Shown in pieces: positions 46,251 through 56,482 of a DNA stretch of 64,000 nucleotides; within the stretch, counting starts at the first letter, position 1; the number at the start of each line of letters is the position of its first letter. The stretch lies in contig OZ241751.1 of NCBI GenBank assembly GCA_965201135.1, forward strand, positions 1,780,248 to 1,844,247. Direction: 5' to 3'. This stretch comes from Dehalococcoidia bacterium (GTDB lineage Bacteria > Chloroflexota > Dehalococcoidia > Lucifugimonadales > Australimonadaceae). Position numbers and translations under genes: made by a program. Below the pieces are notes generated by a model. It was given only the letters and a program-made list of their open reading frames with translations, searched no databases and had not been told where the DNA came from.

Positions 46251-46781
46251 TTACGCGGGCGCGCCTACGCGCTCCTGCGCGGCGGGAGGCTTGAGGGCGA
46301 TGGTCCCGCGCAGGTCGCGGAGGCTGAGGGCGCCGCTCTCGAGGAGGGCGCCGCGAACGCCGGGGCGGCGGCGCGGACGGACGTCGACCGCGACGAGCGA
46401 GTAGCCCTCGGCGAGCAGCCCCTCGTATTCGGCGGCGCGCTCGTCGTCCAGCCCTTGCTCTCCGGCGGACATCGCGCCGAGCCACGCGCCGAAGCCCGCG
46501 CCGAACTTCCAGAGCGTCGCGCCCAGCAAAACCTTGACGTTGATGTCCAGGGGAACGAGGAGCAGCGCGATGAGCGTCGGAATCTCCACGATGAGCGAGC
46601 CCAAGACGCACCACTTGATCGCGGCGCGCAGCATCCGCTCGCCCCGACGGGCAAGCCGGGGCGGTGCGCCGACCGGGGGATGCGCCGCGCTCGTCCGCTC
46701 GCCCAAGCCCGCGTCGTCGAGCAGGCGTTCGGCGGCTTCGGCGCAGGCGCGGTCGTCGAACACGCCGACGACGGCGGTCAT
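46251..46781 (-). CDS. Hypothetical membrane protein
   Basis: Start at ATG 46781, overlapping the stop of the DLH gene. MTAVVGVFDDRACAEAAERLL.. is followed by two or three hydrophobic helices. Only the last 176 aa of track ORF 46251..47402 look coding. Confidence 0.5.
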   Translation of the reverse strand: MTAVVGVFDDRACAEAAERLLDDAGLGERTSAAHPPVGAPPRLARRGERMLRAAIKWCVLGSLIVEIPTLIALLLVPLDINVKVLLGATLWKFGAGFGAWLGAMSAGEQGLDDERAAEYEGLLAEGYSLVAVDVRPRRRPGVRGALLESGALSLRDLRGTIALKPPAAQERVGAPA

Positions 46782-47542
46782 CGCGGGGCCTGCCGCGTCT
46801 TGAGCGCGCCGTCGAAGAAGGCGATGAGTTTCGGCCAGGCGTCCGCCGAAACCTCCGGGTCGTAGCGGACGGGGTTGTAGGGGTCGTTGAAGGCGTGCTG
46901 CGCGTTGGGGTAACGGTGAAACTCGAAGGGCTTGCCGTGCTCGCGGAGGGCGGCCTCGAGTTTGTCGACGTCGGCGGGCGTCGGGTTGGCGTCGAGGTCG
47001 CCGAAGAAGCCTGCGAGGGGGCAATTCAGGTTGGCCGTGAGGCTCAGCGGGTCGGGCTCGCCCTCGCCCCAGGGGAGGTCGACGTCCACGCCGTAGAAGT
47101 CGGCGCAGGCGGCGAACTCGCGCGTCCGAACGGCCATCATATAGGCGATGCGCCCGCCGATGCAGAAGCCGGTTACGCCGAACGGCCCGGAGACGTCGGG
47201 CAAAGCGCGGAGCGCGTTCAGTCCGGCGCCCATGTCGGCGATCAATTCGGAGTCGCGCAGGGCGTCCTTGAGGGGCATCGCAATCTCGCGCCGGGCGGGG
47301 TCTTCGAAGGCGTAGGCGGTGAGTTGGGCGTTGGAGACGCCGGAGCGGTGGAAGAGGTAGGGCGCGACGGCGGCGTAGCCTGCGACGGCGAGTTCGTCGC
47401 ACTTCTCCTGCACGAAGCGGTCTATCCCGAAGACGTGCATCGCCACGACGACGCCCGGATGCGGCCCGGGGCCGTCCGGCAGCGCGAGGTAGGCGTCCGC
47501 CGGCTCGCCGTCAACGTCGATGCGCGTCCACTGAGAAGGCAT
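46778..47542 (-). CDS. Dienelactone hydrolase family protein
   Basis: ..HPGVVVAMHVFGIDRFVQEKCDELAVAGYAAVAPYLF.. and the nucleophile motif GFCIGG. Confidence 0.8.
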   Translation of the reverse strand: MPSQWTRIDVDGEPADAYLALPDGPGPHPGVVVAMHVFGIDRFVQEKCDELAVAGYAAVAPYLFHRSGVSNAQLTAYAFEDPARREIAMPLKDALRDSELIADMGAGLNALRALPDVSGPFGVTGFCIGGRIAYMMAVRTREFAACADFYGVDVDLPWGEGEPDPLSLTANLNCPLAGFFGDLDANPTPADVDKLEAALREHGKPFEFHRYPNAQHAFNDPYNPVRYDPEVSADAWPKLIAFFDGALKTRQAPR

Positions 47543-47643
47543 GCGCCCATCGTAGCGTCGCGTCGCGCGTATGGCAAGCGGCGGGCTCCGGCTTACTCCC
47601 GCGCGCGGACGTCGAAATTAGCGCAGGCGCCGGCCGGCGGGCG

Positions 47644-48375
47644 CTACCGGCGGAAGGCGACGCGACGGAAGACCTCCGCGTAGGCGAAGGAATGCCCATG
47701 CTCGGCGGCGCGCTCGGCGGCGGCCTCCGCCCGGCGTTTCACGAACCCCTCGACGCGGGCGAAGTCCGCCGAGAGTTGGCTCTCGTGCGCGGCGAGCGCT
47801 CGCATCTTCGTCTCCACCGTCTCACCGATGTCCACGACCGCGTTGGGCGACTCCGTTCCCCACAGCAGCATCGCGCCCGTCTTGTGGGGCTCCAGGCCGC
47901 TTGCGGCGTGCTCCGGGTAGTGGAGCCGGTCGCGGGCGTAGGGGAAGCATGCGTCCATCGCCGCTTGCCCCGACACGCGATGGTCGCGGTGCCCGTGCGA
48001 CTCCTTGCGGACGGGGTCCATCGCCAGCACGACGTCGGGCTTCCAGCGGCGCACCTGCTCGACGAGGCGGCCCCTGAACTCTCGCGTGTCCTCGAGTTCG
48101 CCGTCGCCGTAGCCCAGAAAGACGACCTCCTCCGCGCCCGCGACGGCCGCCGCCTTGCGCTGCTCCTCTTCCCGTATTCCCGCAAGACGCTCGCTCGTCA
48201 TCTCAGGGTCGGACGCGCCCTTGTCGCCGTTCGTGCAGACGACGTAGAGAACGCGGCAGCCCTCTCGCGCCCACTTGGCGACGCTCCCCGCCGCGCCGGA
48301 CTCGCCGTCGTCCGGGTGGGGAATCACGAGCATCGCCCGTTCGGGAGTCTCCGCTATCTCCATACGCCTCCGCAA
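47644..48375 (-). CDS. PIG-L/LmbE-family deacetylase
   Basis: Carries the PHPDDGE and HRDH metal-binding motifs. Confidence 0.8.
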   Translation of the reverse strand: MRRRMEIAETPERAMLVIPHPDDGESGAAGSVAKWAREGCRVLYVVCTNGDKGASDPEMTSERLAGIREEEQRKAAAVAGAEEVVFLGYGDGELEDTREFRGRLVEQVRRWKPDVVLAMDPVRKESHGHRDHRVSGQAAMDACFPYARDRLHYPEHAASGLEPHKTGAMLLWGTESPNAVVDIGETVETKMRALAAHESQLSADFARVEGFVKRRAEAAAERAAEHGHSFAYAEVFRRVAFRR

Positions 48376-48422
48376 AGCCGCAACTTGGCGCTGCTATGAT
48401 AGCGCCGCGTCCCGCCCCGCTT

Positions 48423-49322
48423 ATGACAAACCCTGTCAGCATACGGTCCTACGCGCCCGATGACTTGCGGACGCTGGCGGGCTTGCGGCTGGGCCGCGCT
48501 CCGTCCGGCGAGGACGCCGCCGCGCTCGCCCGATGGCTTGGGCAGCCGAACCTCGACCCCGAGCGCGACTGCATGCTCGCGTTCGACGCGGCGGGCGCGC
48601 CCGCGGGGTACGCCGTTCTCACGCGGGAGCCGGCGGTAGGCCGCGGCGCGCTGGAGATTCAGGGCGGCGGAACGCATCGCGGAGGCGGCGCGGGCGACGC
48701 GCTGTTGCGCGAGGCGGCGGCGCGGGCGCGGGCGGCGAATCTGGACGTTCTGCACGTGGACGTTCCCGAGGCGGACGAGGCGCGTCAGGCCGCGTTCGCC
48801 GAGCGCGGATGGACGCATATTCGAACGCACCTGCATCTCCGCAGAGACCGCGCTCCCCGCGCCGGCGTCGGCGTTCCGGCGGGCGCGGCGCAGGGGCAGG
48901 CGGAGCGCGGGGACGCGGCGGAGGTCGCCGCCTTGCAAAACGCCGCGTTCGCCGGCAGTTGGGGCTACGCCCCGAACACGGCGGAGGAGATCGCCTACCG
49001 CGTCTTCGATCTGCACGCGCGCCCCGACCGCGTCGTCACGCTGAGGGACGCGGACAGCGCAGACCTCATCGCCTACTGCTGGAGCCGTCTCGATGGCGGG
49101 CGGGGCGTCGTCGGGATGGTGGGCGTCGCGCCGGAGCGGCAGGGGCAAGGGCTGGGGCGCGTCGTCACGGGGCTCGGCGTCAACGATCTCATCGACCTCG
49201 GGGCGGAGACGCTCGAAATCACGGTGGACAGCGAAAACCCCGCCGCTATCCGCGTCTACGAGAGCCTCGGCTTCACGCGGGACTGGCGCTCGCTCTGGCG
49301 CGAACTGCGGCTCGCGGGCTAG
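48423..49322 (+). CDS. Two-domain GNAT N-acetyltransferase (MshD-like architecture)
   Basis: About 300 aa with two acetyltransferase-like halves. The second carries GVAPERQGQGLGRVV (the Q/RxxGxG/A acetyl-CoA motif). The start could also be 48396. Confidence 0.65.
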   Translation: MTNPVSIRSYAPDDLRTLAGLRLGRAPSGEDAAALARWLGQPNLDPERDCMLAFDAAGAPAGYAVLTREPAVGRGALEIQGGGTHRGGGAGDALLREAAARARAANLDVLHVDVPEADEARQAAFAERGWTHIRTHLHLRRDRAPRAGVGVPAGAAQGQAERGDAAEVAALQNAAFAGSWGYAPNTAEEIAYRVFDLHARPDRVVTLRDADSADLIAYCWSRLDGGRGVVGMVGVAPERQGQGLGRVVTGLGVNDLIDLGAETLEITVDSENPAAIRVYESLGFTRDWRSLWRELRLAG

Positions 49323-49372
49323 GCGCTCAGCGCAAGAGGCGCGTGGGCGCACCCGCTCCCCCCAACCTGCGC

Positions 49373-49400
49373 TATAATGGCGCTCCGCATAGGAGCGCAG
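49373..49400 (+). promoter_or_regulatory. TATAAT box overlapping a 7-5-7 inverted repeat upstream of hrcA
   Basis: TATAAT at 49373..49378, then GCGCTCC-GCATA-GGAGCGC. The second arm supplies AGGAG 8 nt before the TTG at 49404. Confidence 0.3.
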
Positions 49401-50477
49401 CGCTTGAACAAGCCAACCGCCACTCAACCCGCGACGTCGCTCAACACGCGCAGGCAGACGCTGCTGGAGATCATCGTCAGCGACTACATTGAGACCGCCG
49501 TCCCCGTCGCTTCCCAGCAACTCGCCCGCCGCTACGAACTGCGCCTGAGCCCCGCGACGATCCGCAACGATATGGCCGAACTCGAGGAGATGGGCTATAT
49601 CTCGCGTCCGCACTCCTCCGCCGGAGGCGTGCCGTCCGACCCCGGCTACCGCTTCTACGTGGAGCGCGCGGGAGGGGACGCCCCGCCCTCTCGCCGCTTT
49701 CGGGAGCAGGCCCGGGGAGCGATCGACTTCGACGAGGCCGACCCGGCCGCTTGGGCGCGCAGCGCCGCCCGCCTCCTCGCCGGCGCGCTGGGCAACCTCG
49801 CCATCGCCACCACGGTCAAGCCCGCCGTCGCCCGCGTCAAGCACGCGCAACTGGTGCATTTGCGCGACCGCGAGGCGCTGCTCGTCGTCGTGATGCAGGA
49901 AGCGCGGCTCGGCCAGCGCATCATTCACCTCGAGGCGGACGCGACGCAGGACGAGCTCAGCGAGGCCGCCGTCCGCCTCAACCGCATCGCCGCGGGGAGA
50001 AGCGCCGCCGAACTGCAGGCGCTTGCCGAATCCGGCCAGCCGCTGCCTATCGCGGTCGCCGCCGCCCTCGCGGAGACGATTCGCATCCTCTCCGACGAAG
50101 GGCGCGACGAAACGCGGGAGCGCTACCTCAACGGCCTCAGCCTGATGCTGAATCAGCCGGAGTTCCAATCCAGCAAGAGCGCGCAGGACGCCGCCGAGGT
50201 ATTGGACGACGACTCGCTCACGCGCCTCTTCGAGGAGTCCGCGGAGCCCGCCGAGGTGCGCGTCGTCATCGGAGAGGAGAGCCGCGACGAGCGCTTGCGG
50301 CCGTACAGCGTCGTCTACGCGACCTACGGCGCGCCCGACGGAGCGACCGGCGTCGTCGGGGCTATGGGGCCAACCCGAATGGACTACGCCCGCGCGATGT
50401 CCAGCGTCCGCTATCTCGCGGCGTTCCTCAGCGAGTTCGTGCAGGCGTTGAACGCGCCCGATTCCGGGCAGGCGTGA
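49377..50477 (+). CDS. hrcA: Heat-inducible transcription repressor HrcA
   Basis: ..[71 protein letters not shown].. is the HrcA winged-helix N-terminus. The true start may be TTG at 49404. Confidence 0.85.
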   Translation: MALRIGAQRLNKPTATQPATSLNTRRQTLLEIIVSDYIETAVPVASQQLARRYELRLSPATIRNDMAELEEMGYISRPHSSAGGVPSDPGYRFYVERAGGDAPPSRRFREQARGAIDFDEADPAAWARSAARLLAGALGNLAIATTVKPAVARVKHAQLVHLRDREALLVVVMQEARLGQRIIHLEADATQDELSEAAVRLNRIAAGRSAAELQALAESGQPLPIAVAAALAETIRILSDEGRDETRERYLNGLSLMLNQPEFQSSKSAQDAAEVLDDDSLTRLFEESAEPAEVRVVIGEESRDERLRPYSVVYATYGAPDGATGVVGAMGPTRMDYARAMSSVRYLAAFLSEFVQALNAPDSGQA

Positions 50478-50482
50478 CGGCG

Positions 50483-51559
50483 ATGGCGGCGAAGCGCGAC
50501 TACTACGAGACGCTCGGCGTCAGCCCGCAAGCGTCCGAGGAGGAGATCCGCAAAGCCTTCCGCAAGAAGGCGATGGAGCATCACCCCGACCGCAACAAAG
50601 CGAGCGACGCGTCGGAGCGGTTCAAGGAAGTCAACGAGGCGTATCAGACGCTGAGCGACCCGGAGCGGCGGAGCAATTACGACCGTTTCGGACACGCCGC
50701 TTCGAACGGCGGAGGCGCCGGGCCCGGCGGATTCGACGGCTTCGATCTGTTCGGCGGGTTCGGCACGATCTTCGACTCGTTTTTCGGCAGCGCGGGGGGC
50801 TCGCGCTCGCGGACGCGGGCGGGAAGCGACCGCCACGTCGAGATGAGCGTCACGTTCGAGGAGGCGGCGTTCGGGGTCTCGCGCGAGGTCGCCGTCGGGC
50901 GCGTCGAACTGTGCGGCGCGTGCAAAGGGTCCAAATCAGAGCCCGGCTCGGAGCCGGAGACGTGCGGGAATTGCCGGGGCAGCGGGCGCGTCCGCCGCTC
51001 CCAACGCTCCGTGTTCGGGCAATTCGTTACGGAGGCCTACTGCAACGTCTGCGGCGGCGGCGGCCAGCGCGTCGTCAATCCGTGCAAGCAATGCCGGGGG
51101 ATCGGGCGCGAGGAAGCGAGACGCCGGATCGAGGTCGCCGTGCCGGCGGGCGTCCACGACGGCGCGACGCTGGAGTTGCGCGGGCAGGGCGACGCCGGGC
51201 TGGGCGGCGGCCCTCCGGGGAGCCTGCTTGTGACCGTCAACGTTCAGAGACACCCCGAGTTTCGCCGACGCGAAAACAGCGCGGACGTGCTCTTCGATTT
51301 AGACGTGACGTTCCCGGCGGCGGCGATGGGCATCGAAGTGGAGGTTCCGACGCTCGACGGCGGCGCGAAACTCAAAGTCCCCGCCGGAACGCAATCGGGC
51401 AGCGTGCTCCGCATGAAGGGCAAAGGCATCCCGCACCTCGGGCGCGACGGGCGGCGCGGCGACCAACTCGTCGCCGTCCGCGTCCGCACTCCGGAGAAAC
51501 TCTCCAAGGACCAGAAGCGCCTGCTCGAGGAATTGCAGCGCTCGTTTGAGAGGAATTAG
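50483..51559 (+). CDS. dnaJ: Molecular chaperone DnaJ
   Basis: J-domain [19 protein letters not shown], a G/F-rich linker, and four CxxCxGxG repeats ([32 protein letters not shown]). Confidence 0.9.
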   Translation: MAAKRDYYETLGVSPQASEEEIRKAFRKKAMEHHPDRNKASDASERFKEVNEAYQTLSDPERRSNYDRFGHAASNGGGAGPGGFDGFDLFGGFGTIFDSFFGSAGGSRSRTRAGSDRHVEMSVTFEEAAFGVSREVAVGRVELCGACKGSKSEPGSEPETCGNCRGSGRVRRSQRSVFGQFVTEAYCNVCGGGGQRVVNPCKQCRGIGREEARRRIEVAVPAGVHDGATLELRGQGDAGLGGGPPGSLLVTVNVQRHPEFRRRENSADVLFDLDVTFPAAAMGIEVEVPTLDGGAKLKVPAGTQSGSVLRMKGKGIPHLGRDGRRGDQLVAVRVRTPEKLSKDQKRLLEELQRSFERN

Positions 51560-51663
51560 GGAGGGGCGGGCGCCGCGAACGCGGCGGGAGAGGGTACTGC
51601 GGACGGGGCACGTCGCGCTCCGTCCCCCATCCCCAGGCGCCGCATCATTCCCGCTCGTCAGCC

Positions 51664-52245
51664 CTACCCCAGCAGTCCATTGTGCGGTTCGCGGAGACAG
51701 AGATACGCCCGGTAGTGCTCCTGCCATAGGCTGAAGTCGTTTATCACCGACTCGATTTGAATGGCGTTGCCGCCGTAGCATTCCACGAAAATGTACCACG
51801 CAAGCGGGGTCCTTCCGTCGCTGATGTAGGTGTACAGACGGCCGCCGCGCTCCTCCAGCCTGTAGTGGCGCTGCCCTTCGAACCACGCGGGAGTAGGCGT
51901 AAGCGTCGGCGTCGGCGTGAACGTAGGAGTAGGCGTAAGCGTCGGCGTCGGCGTGTTCGTGGGAACCGGCGTCGGCGTAGGCTGAGGAGTCCACGTGGGC
52001 GCGGGCGTAGGCGTAGGCGTCCACGTGGGAACCGGCGTCCACGTGGGGACGGGAGTCCAAGTCGGCTGCGGGGTGGGCGTCGGGGCGGGAGTGGCCGTCG
52101 GGACGGGGGTCGCCGTGGGGACGGGAGTCCAAGTCGGCTGCGAGGTGGGCGTCGGGGCGGAGGTGGCCGTCGGCGCCGGAGCCTGGGCCGTGGTGCACGC
52201 GGCCAGCAGGATAGTCACCGCTCCCGCGACGGCGATCATCTTCAT
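51664..52245 (-). CDS. Lipoprotein with Pro/Thr-rich linker
   Basis: Start at ATG 52245 after [24 protein letters not shown] is a signal peptide plus lipobox. It is followed by a ~90-aa (PT/TP)n linker and an ~80-aa C-terminal globular domain. Confidence 0.7.
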   Translation of the reverse strand: MKMIAVAGAVTILLAACTTAQAPAPTATSAPTPTSQPTWTPVPTATPVPTATPAPTPTPQPTWTPVPTWTPVPTWTPTPTPAPTWTPQPTPTPVPTNTPTPTLTPTPTFTPTPTLTPTPAWFEGQRHYRLEERGGRLYTYISDGRTPLAWYIFVECYGGNAIQIESVINDFSLWQEHYRAYLCLREPHNGLLG

Positions 52246-52646
52246 GACATCCTCCCCTTCAGCGCTTGTCTGAGCGGAGCCGCCAGCCGTACAGCGCGAG
52301 GTTAGGATACACCAGGCGGTCGGAGGGCGTTGGGCGGGAGTAGGTTGCCGCTTTCCCCGCGGGAATGACGGACATGGGCGCGGGCAGGGCGGTAGGCGCG
52401 CCGTCGCGAAGCCTGCCCCGAACGCTCCCAGTCGGCGCGGGCGACCTCCATGAGGATGAAGTTGCGGCTGCCAACGGCGGACTGGCCTCGCTTCGCGGAA
52501 GCCGCAGGCGGCGAAGCAGCGGCGCGCGCGGACGTTTAGGAATGCCGATGTCCCAACCGGAGACATAGGTAACGCTAGCCCGGATACATGGGGTAACGCC
52601 CTGACGGGGGATTATACGCAGGGCGTAGCCCATCCCAGGGCGCCGC

Positions 52647-52875
52647 GTCATTCCCGCGCCATTCCCGTCATCCCGCGCCCTCTACCGTCATTCCCGCGTA
52701 GGCGGGAACCCCGCCCCATTGGAGGCGCGCAAGCGCCGCATCCCCCTCTCCCTATAAGGGGAGAGGACGCCGCGAACGCGGCGGGAGAGGGTACTGCGGA
52801 CGGGGCGCAATCGCGCCCCGTCTCCTTATACCGCAAGTGCCTCGTCATTCCCGCATAGGCGGGAACATACCCCCT
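52647..52875. repeat. Palindromic repeat mosaic
   Basis: Modules A-B-C (CCCTCTCCCTATAAGGGGAGAGG)-D-E-A. Confidence 0.9.
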
Positions 52876-52950
52876 ACCCCTTGTCCCCTCTCCCGCCAAA
52901 TGCCCCCACCCCCAGTTGACCCCGCGCCCCGGCGCGCCTACACTCCCACT

Positions 52951-55014
52951 ATGGCCATCTACCGCTACTCCCAATGGGACGGCTCGCAGGATGTCGCCCT
53001 CCCGTCCGCCGACGACCTGTTCGACCGCCTCTCCGAGCAGATCCTGCAAGGCGACGACCTCCGCAGCGCGCTGAACAGGATGATGCGCCACGGTATGCGC
53101 GGCGAAGGCCAGCGCGGCGCCGGCCTCCAGGAACTGCTGGAGCGCCTCCGCGACGCCAGAGAGCGCAACCTCGACCGCTACAACCTCTCCTCGATGTTCG
53201 ACGGCGTCCAGGAGCGGCTCGACGAGATCGTCAAAAAGGAGCGCGAGGGCATCGCGGAGCGCCTCAGGGAGATCGAGCCGCCCGCCGAGAGCGCCGGCGA
53301 AGGCGGCGAGCCCGGCGCGCAAGGCGGCGAGGCTCCCCCGGACGACCTCGCGGATATGCTGCGGAAGATGGCCAACCGCCGCCTCGAGCAGTTGGACGCG
53401 CTCCCCCCCGGACCGGGAGGCCGCGTCAAGCAGTTGCGCGACTACGACTTTATGGACGCCGGCGCCCGCGAGGACTTCGACGCGCTGATGAAGGAACTGC
53501 AAGGGCAACTCCTCCAGCAGTACTTCCAGGGCATGCAGGAGAGCCTCCGGAATATGACGCAGGCCGACCTCTCCCAAATCGCGGAGATGGTGCGCGACCT
53601 CAACGAACTCGTGAAGCGCAAGTTGCAGGGCGAAGACCCGGACATCGCCCCGTTTATGGCCAAGTGGGGCGCAATGTTCCCCCCCGGCATCGAGACGTTC
53701 GACCAGTTGATGGACTATATGTCCCGCCAAATGGCGCAGATGCAGTCGCTGATGAACTCGATGACCCCCGAGATGCGCCGCCAGTTGGAAGAGATGATGG
53801 ACGGCCTGATGCAGGACAACCGCCTCGCGTGGGATATGTTCGAATTGGGCGTCAACCTAGAGCGGCTGAACCCCAGCCGGTTCCCCGACAACGAGTTCCG
53901 AATGTTCGGCGACGAGCCCGTCACGCTGCAGGACGCGCTCCGGCTGATGGGCGATTTGAACGACATCGAGGAGTTGGAGTCCCAGGTGCGCCGCGCCATC
54001 CGCTCCAACGACGCCACGCAGATAGACGCGGACGCGCTCGGCGACGCGCTCGGCGAGGAGGCGCGCCGCTACGCCCAAGACCTCCAGCGCCTCACGAAGG
54101 AACTCGAAGAAGCCGGCCTCATCCGCAAAGGCGGGCAGGGCTGGGAACTCACGCCCCAGGCCATGCGGAAGATCGGCGACAAAGCGCTCACGGACATCTT
54201 CAACCGCATCCGCGGCGACGGCCTCGGCGACCACAACCGCGACAAAAGCGGCGTCGGCGTCGAAATCACGGACGAGACGAAGCGCTGGGAGTTCGGCGAC
54301 CCCCTCCACCTCAACACGCTCCGCACCGTCAGCAACGCCGTGATGCGCCAGGGGCAAGGAACGCCCGTCCGCGTGCGCCCCGACGACTTCGAGATCGACC
54401 GGACCATCTCGCAAACCCGCGCCTCCACCGTCATCGCCATAGATATGTCCTACTCGATGTTCTGGGACGGCGCCTTCCAAGCCGGCCAGCGCGTCGGCCT
54501 CGCCCTCGACACGCTCATCCGCTCCAAGTACCCGAAAGACCAGGTGAGCGTCGTCGCGTTCTCCTACTTCGTGCTGCCCCTGCAGTCCAATATGCTGCTC
54601 GACAACTACTGGGTCGAGTTCGGGGGCGGCACGAACTTCGAGGAAGTCCTGCGGCAGTCGCGCCGCATCCTCGGCAGGCAAGGCGGAACGAACAAGCAGA
54701 TCATCCTCATCACCGACGGCGAGCCGACCACCTACAACTGGGCGGAAGGCGGGCGCTCCGGCTACGAAGGCCGCAGACGCCGCAGCCGGCGCGACGGCGG
54801 CCTCCTCGAGGCGACGATGCGCGAGGTGATGCGCTGCACCCGCGACAACATCACCATCAACACCTTTATGCTCGACCAGAGCCCGTCGCTGCTGCGCTTC
54901 GTCCAACTGATGACCAAGATCAACAAAGGCCGCGCGTTCGTCGCGAGCCCCCATAGCCTCGGCTCCTACGTCGTCTCCGACTACGTCGCCAACCGCAACC
55001 GCGTCATCCGCTAG
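52951..55014 (+). CDS. von Willebrand factor type A (VWA) domain protein
   Basis: Start at ATG 52951 (MAIYRYSQWDGSQD..). It has a long acidic, helical N-terminal region and a C-terminal VWA domain with the MIDAS motif VIAIDMSYSM (DxSxS). No MoxR-type ATPase gene is adjacent. Confidence 0.8.
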   Translation: MAIYRYSQWDGSQDVALPSADDLFDRLSEQILQGDDLRSALNRMMRHGMRGEGQRGAGLQELLERLRDARERNLDRYNLSSMFDGVQERLDEIVKKEREGIAERLREIEPPAESAGEGGEPGAQGGEAPPDDLADMLRKMANRRLEQLDALPPGPGGRVKQLRDYDFMDAGAREDFDALMKELQGQLLQQYFQGMQESLRNMTQADLSQIAEMVRDLNELVKRKLQGEDPDIAPFMAKWGAMFPPGIETFDQLMDYMSRQMAQMQSLMNSMTPEMRRQLEEMMDGLMQDNRLAWDMFELGVNLERLNPSRFPDNEFRMFGDEPVTLQDALRLMGDLNDIEELESQVRRAIRSNDATQIDADALGDALGEEARRYAQDLQRLTKELEEAGLIRKGGQGWELTPQAMRKIGDKALTDIFNRIRGDGLGDHNRDKSGVGVEITDETKRWEFGDPLHLNTLRTVSNAVMRQGQGTPVRVRPDDFEIDRTISQTRASTVIAIDMSYSMFWDGAFQAGQRVGLALDTLIRSKYPKDQVSVVAFSYFVLPLQSNMLLDNYWVEFGGGTNFEEVLRQSRRILGRQGGTNKQIILITDGEPTTYNWAEGGRSGYEGRRRRSRRDGGLLEATMREVMRCTRDNITINTFMLDQSPSLLRFVQLMTKINKGRAFVASPHSLGSYVVSDYVANRNRVIR

Positions 55015-55069
55015 CCCGCTCAGTGCCCCGGAAAGCGCGGCGGCCTCTTCTCGCGGAACGCGCGCGCCC

Positions 55070-55456
55070 TCACTCCACCACGGCCACCACCTCGATCTGC
55101 GCCTTCATCCCTCCGGGCGGCGGATCGTACTTCATGGTGTGCCGCGCGGGGCGGTCGTTCTCGTCCGGGTACATCTCCAACCACGGCTCGTTCAGCGCGG
55201 GGCGGTCCGCCAAATCCGCGAGGAAGCACGTCATCCGCACCACGTCGTCCGGCGACGCCCCCGCGCGCTCCAAGAACGTCCGCAAGTTGCGGAAGCACTG
55301 CCGCGCCTGCTCGTACACGTCCTCCGGCAATTCGCCGGTGTCCGCGTTTATGCCCTGAATCGCCGAACTATAGACCACGCCCCCGACGCGCGCGCCGTAG
55401 GGAATGGGCGCGCTGTGCCGAACCCCGGGAATGTGAATCGTTCGCCGTCTGCCCAT
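55070..55456 (-). CDS. RidA/YjgF-family protein
   Basis: 128 aa. ..YSSAIQGINADTGELPEDVYEQARQCFRNLRTFLERAGASPDDVVRMTCFL.. is the typical RidA layout. Confidence 0.8.
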   Translation of the reverse strand: MGRRRTIHIPGVRHSAPIPYGARVGGVVYSSAIQGINADTGELPEDVYEQARQCFRNLRTFLERAGASPDDVVRMTCFLADLADRPALNEPWLEMYPDENDRPARHTMKYDPPPGGMKAQIEVVAVVE

Positions 55457-55768
55457 CGCCTCGTCCTCCTTGCCGCGCGAGGTCTCCCCTCGCGGCGTCG
55501 CAATAGTACCCTAGGCGGCAACTGCGGGAAGCCGCCCCCGGAGGTCGATGCGCTGGAGACGCTCGCCGAAGCGGTGGTTCGCTGCGAAAAAGGCGGGCGA
55601 ATTCGGAACGCGCGCTATCCTAGATGTTATGGTGCGCGACGAGGCACGTCGGCTGGCTGGAGACGTAGACTGAGGCGGTCGGACAGGTCGGGATCGAGAA
55701 CCACCTGGCGCAGAATATCCGGGAGTAGCGCAAACCCGGACGAGCGCAGCCCCGGAACGAGGAGCGCG

Positions 55769-56305
55769 ATGTCCCCCGAAATCAATCCGTTCGAACTGCC
55801 GGACGAGCGCAAGGGCTGGCGCGGTCTGGAAATCTCCGGACGCCCGCGCAGGCGCGTCTACACCGTGCTGGAGACGGAGCACGTGCTCGTGACGGCGCTC
55901 CTGCAGATCCCCGGCGAGCCCGGCGTGCGCCACAGCCACGAGAGCGGCGAACTCTCCTTCCGCTGGGGCGGCGATATGGCCCCGTTCATCACGTGGCATC
56001 CCCCCGGCGAATGGCACGGCGGCATGGCGGAGGCCAAAGCCGACAAGTCCAAAGAGGTCGCGGAGGGCGTCGCGCTCCTGCGCTCGCAACTCGAGACCGG
56101 CGCGGCGGAGGTCAAAGCGCTCCTCGACGTCGCGGAGACGCTGCAAGAGCAGATAGACGCATTGCGGCATCAGGCGCGCAACGCGACGGGCCCGGCGGGC
56201 GGCCCCGGCCTGCTGATAGACCTCCTCTTCCCGCCCTTCCGCACTACGATAGACGACCCCGCCTACCCGGAGCCCCGCGTCATCACCGGCCAGTGGTACG
56301 ACTAA
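55769..56305 (+). CDS. Cupin-domain protein with C-terminal coiled-coil extension
   Basis: Start at ATG 55769 after GGAG. PGEPGVRHSHESGE is the cupin motif 1 (G.5HxH..E). The upstream part of track ORF 55139.. is antisense to ridA. Confidence 0.6.
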   Translation: MSPEINPFELPDERKGWRGLEISGRPRRRVYTVLETEHVLVTALLQIPGEPGVRHSHESGELSFRWGGDMAPFITWHPPGEWHGGMAEAKADKSKEVAEGVALLRSQLETGAAEVKALLDVAETLQEQIDALRHQARNATGPAGGPGLLIDLLFPPFRTTIDDPAYPEPRVITGQWYD

Positions 56306-56482
56306 GCGGCATCCTGTCTGCCCGCCGCAGGTATTGTGGAGACGAGACTGGCGCCCGACGGGATTCCCGCCTGCGCGGGCAGGGAGGACCAAGGCGGTTC
56401 CGCAAGGGCGGCAAGGAGGCGGCGAAAGCGAGCGGCGCGGGGGCGGTATACTCGTTGGGCCGGCAGGGAGAATAATGGAATA

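Noticed and set aside
46782-47402. N-terminal 207 codons of the 383-aa ORF 46251..47402
   Set aside because: They overlap the well-supported dienelactone hydrolase gene in another frame and are Arg/Pro-rich. Only the part from ATG 46781 was kept.
49322-50483. Canonical CIRCE operator near hrcA/dnaJ
   Set aside because: Reading both strands, I could not find TTAGCACTC-N9-GAGTGCTAA or a close variant. Only the weaker 7-5-7 dyad is reported as a low-confidence feature.
52837-52950. Upstream extension of the VWA gene, with similar upstream extensions of track ORFs at 17804, 19364, 22064, 32365, 35634 and 56336
   Set aside because: The extensions run into repeat modules or lack an RBS. Internal ATGs preceded by GGAG-type RBS give N-termini that match the respective families.
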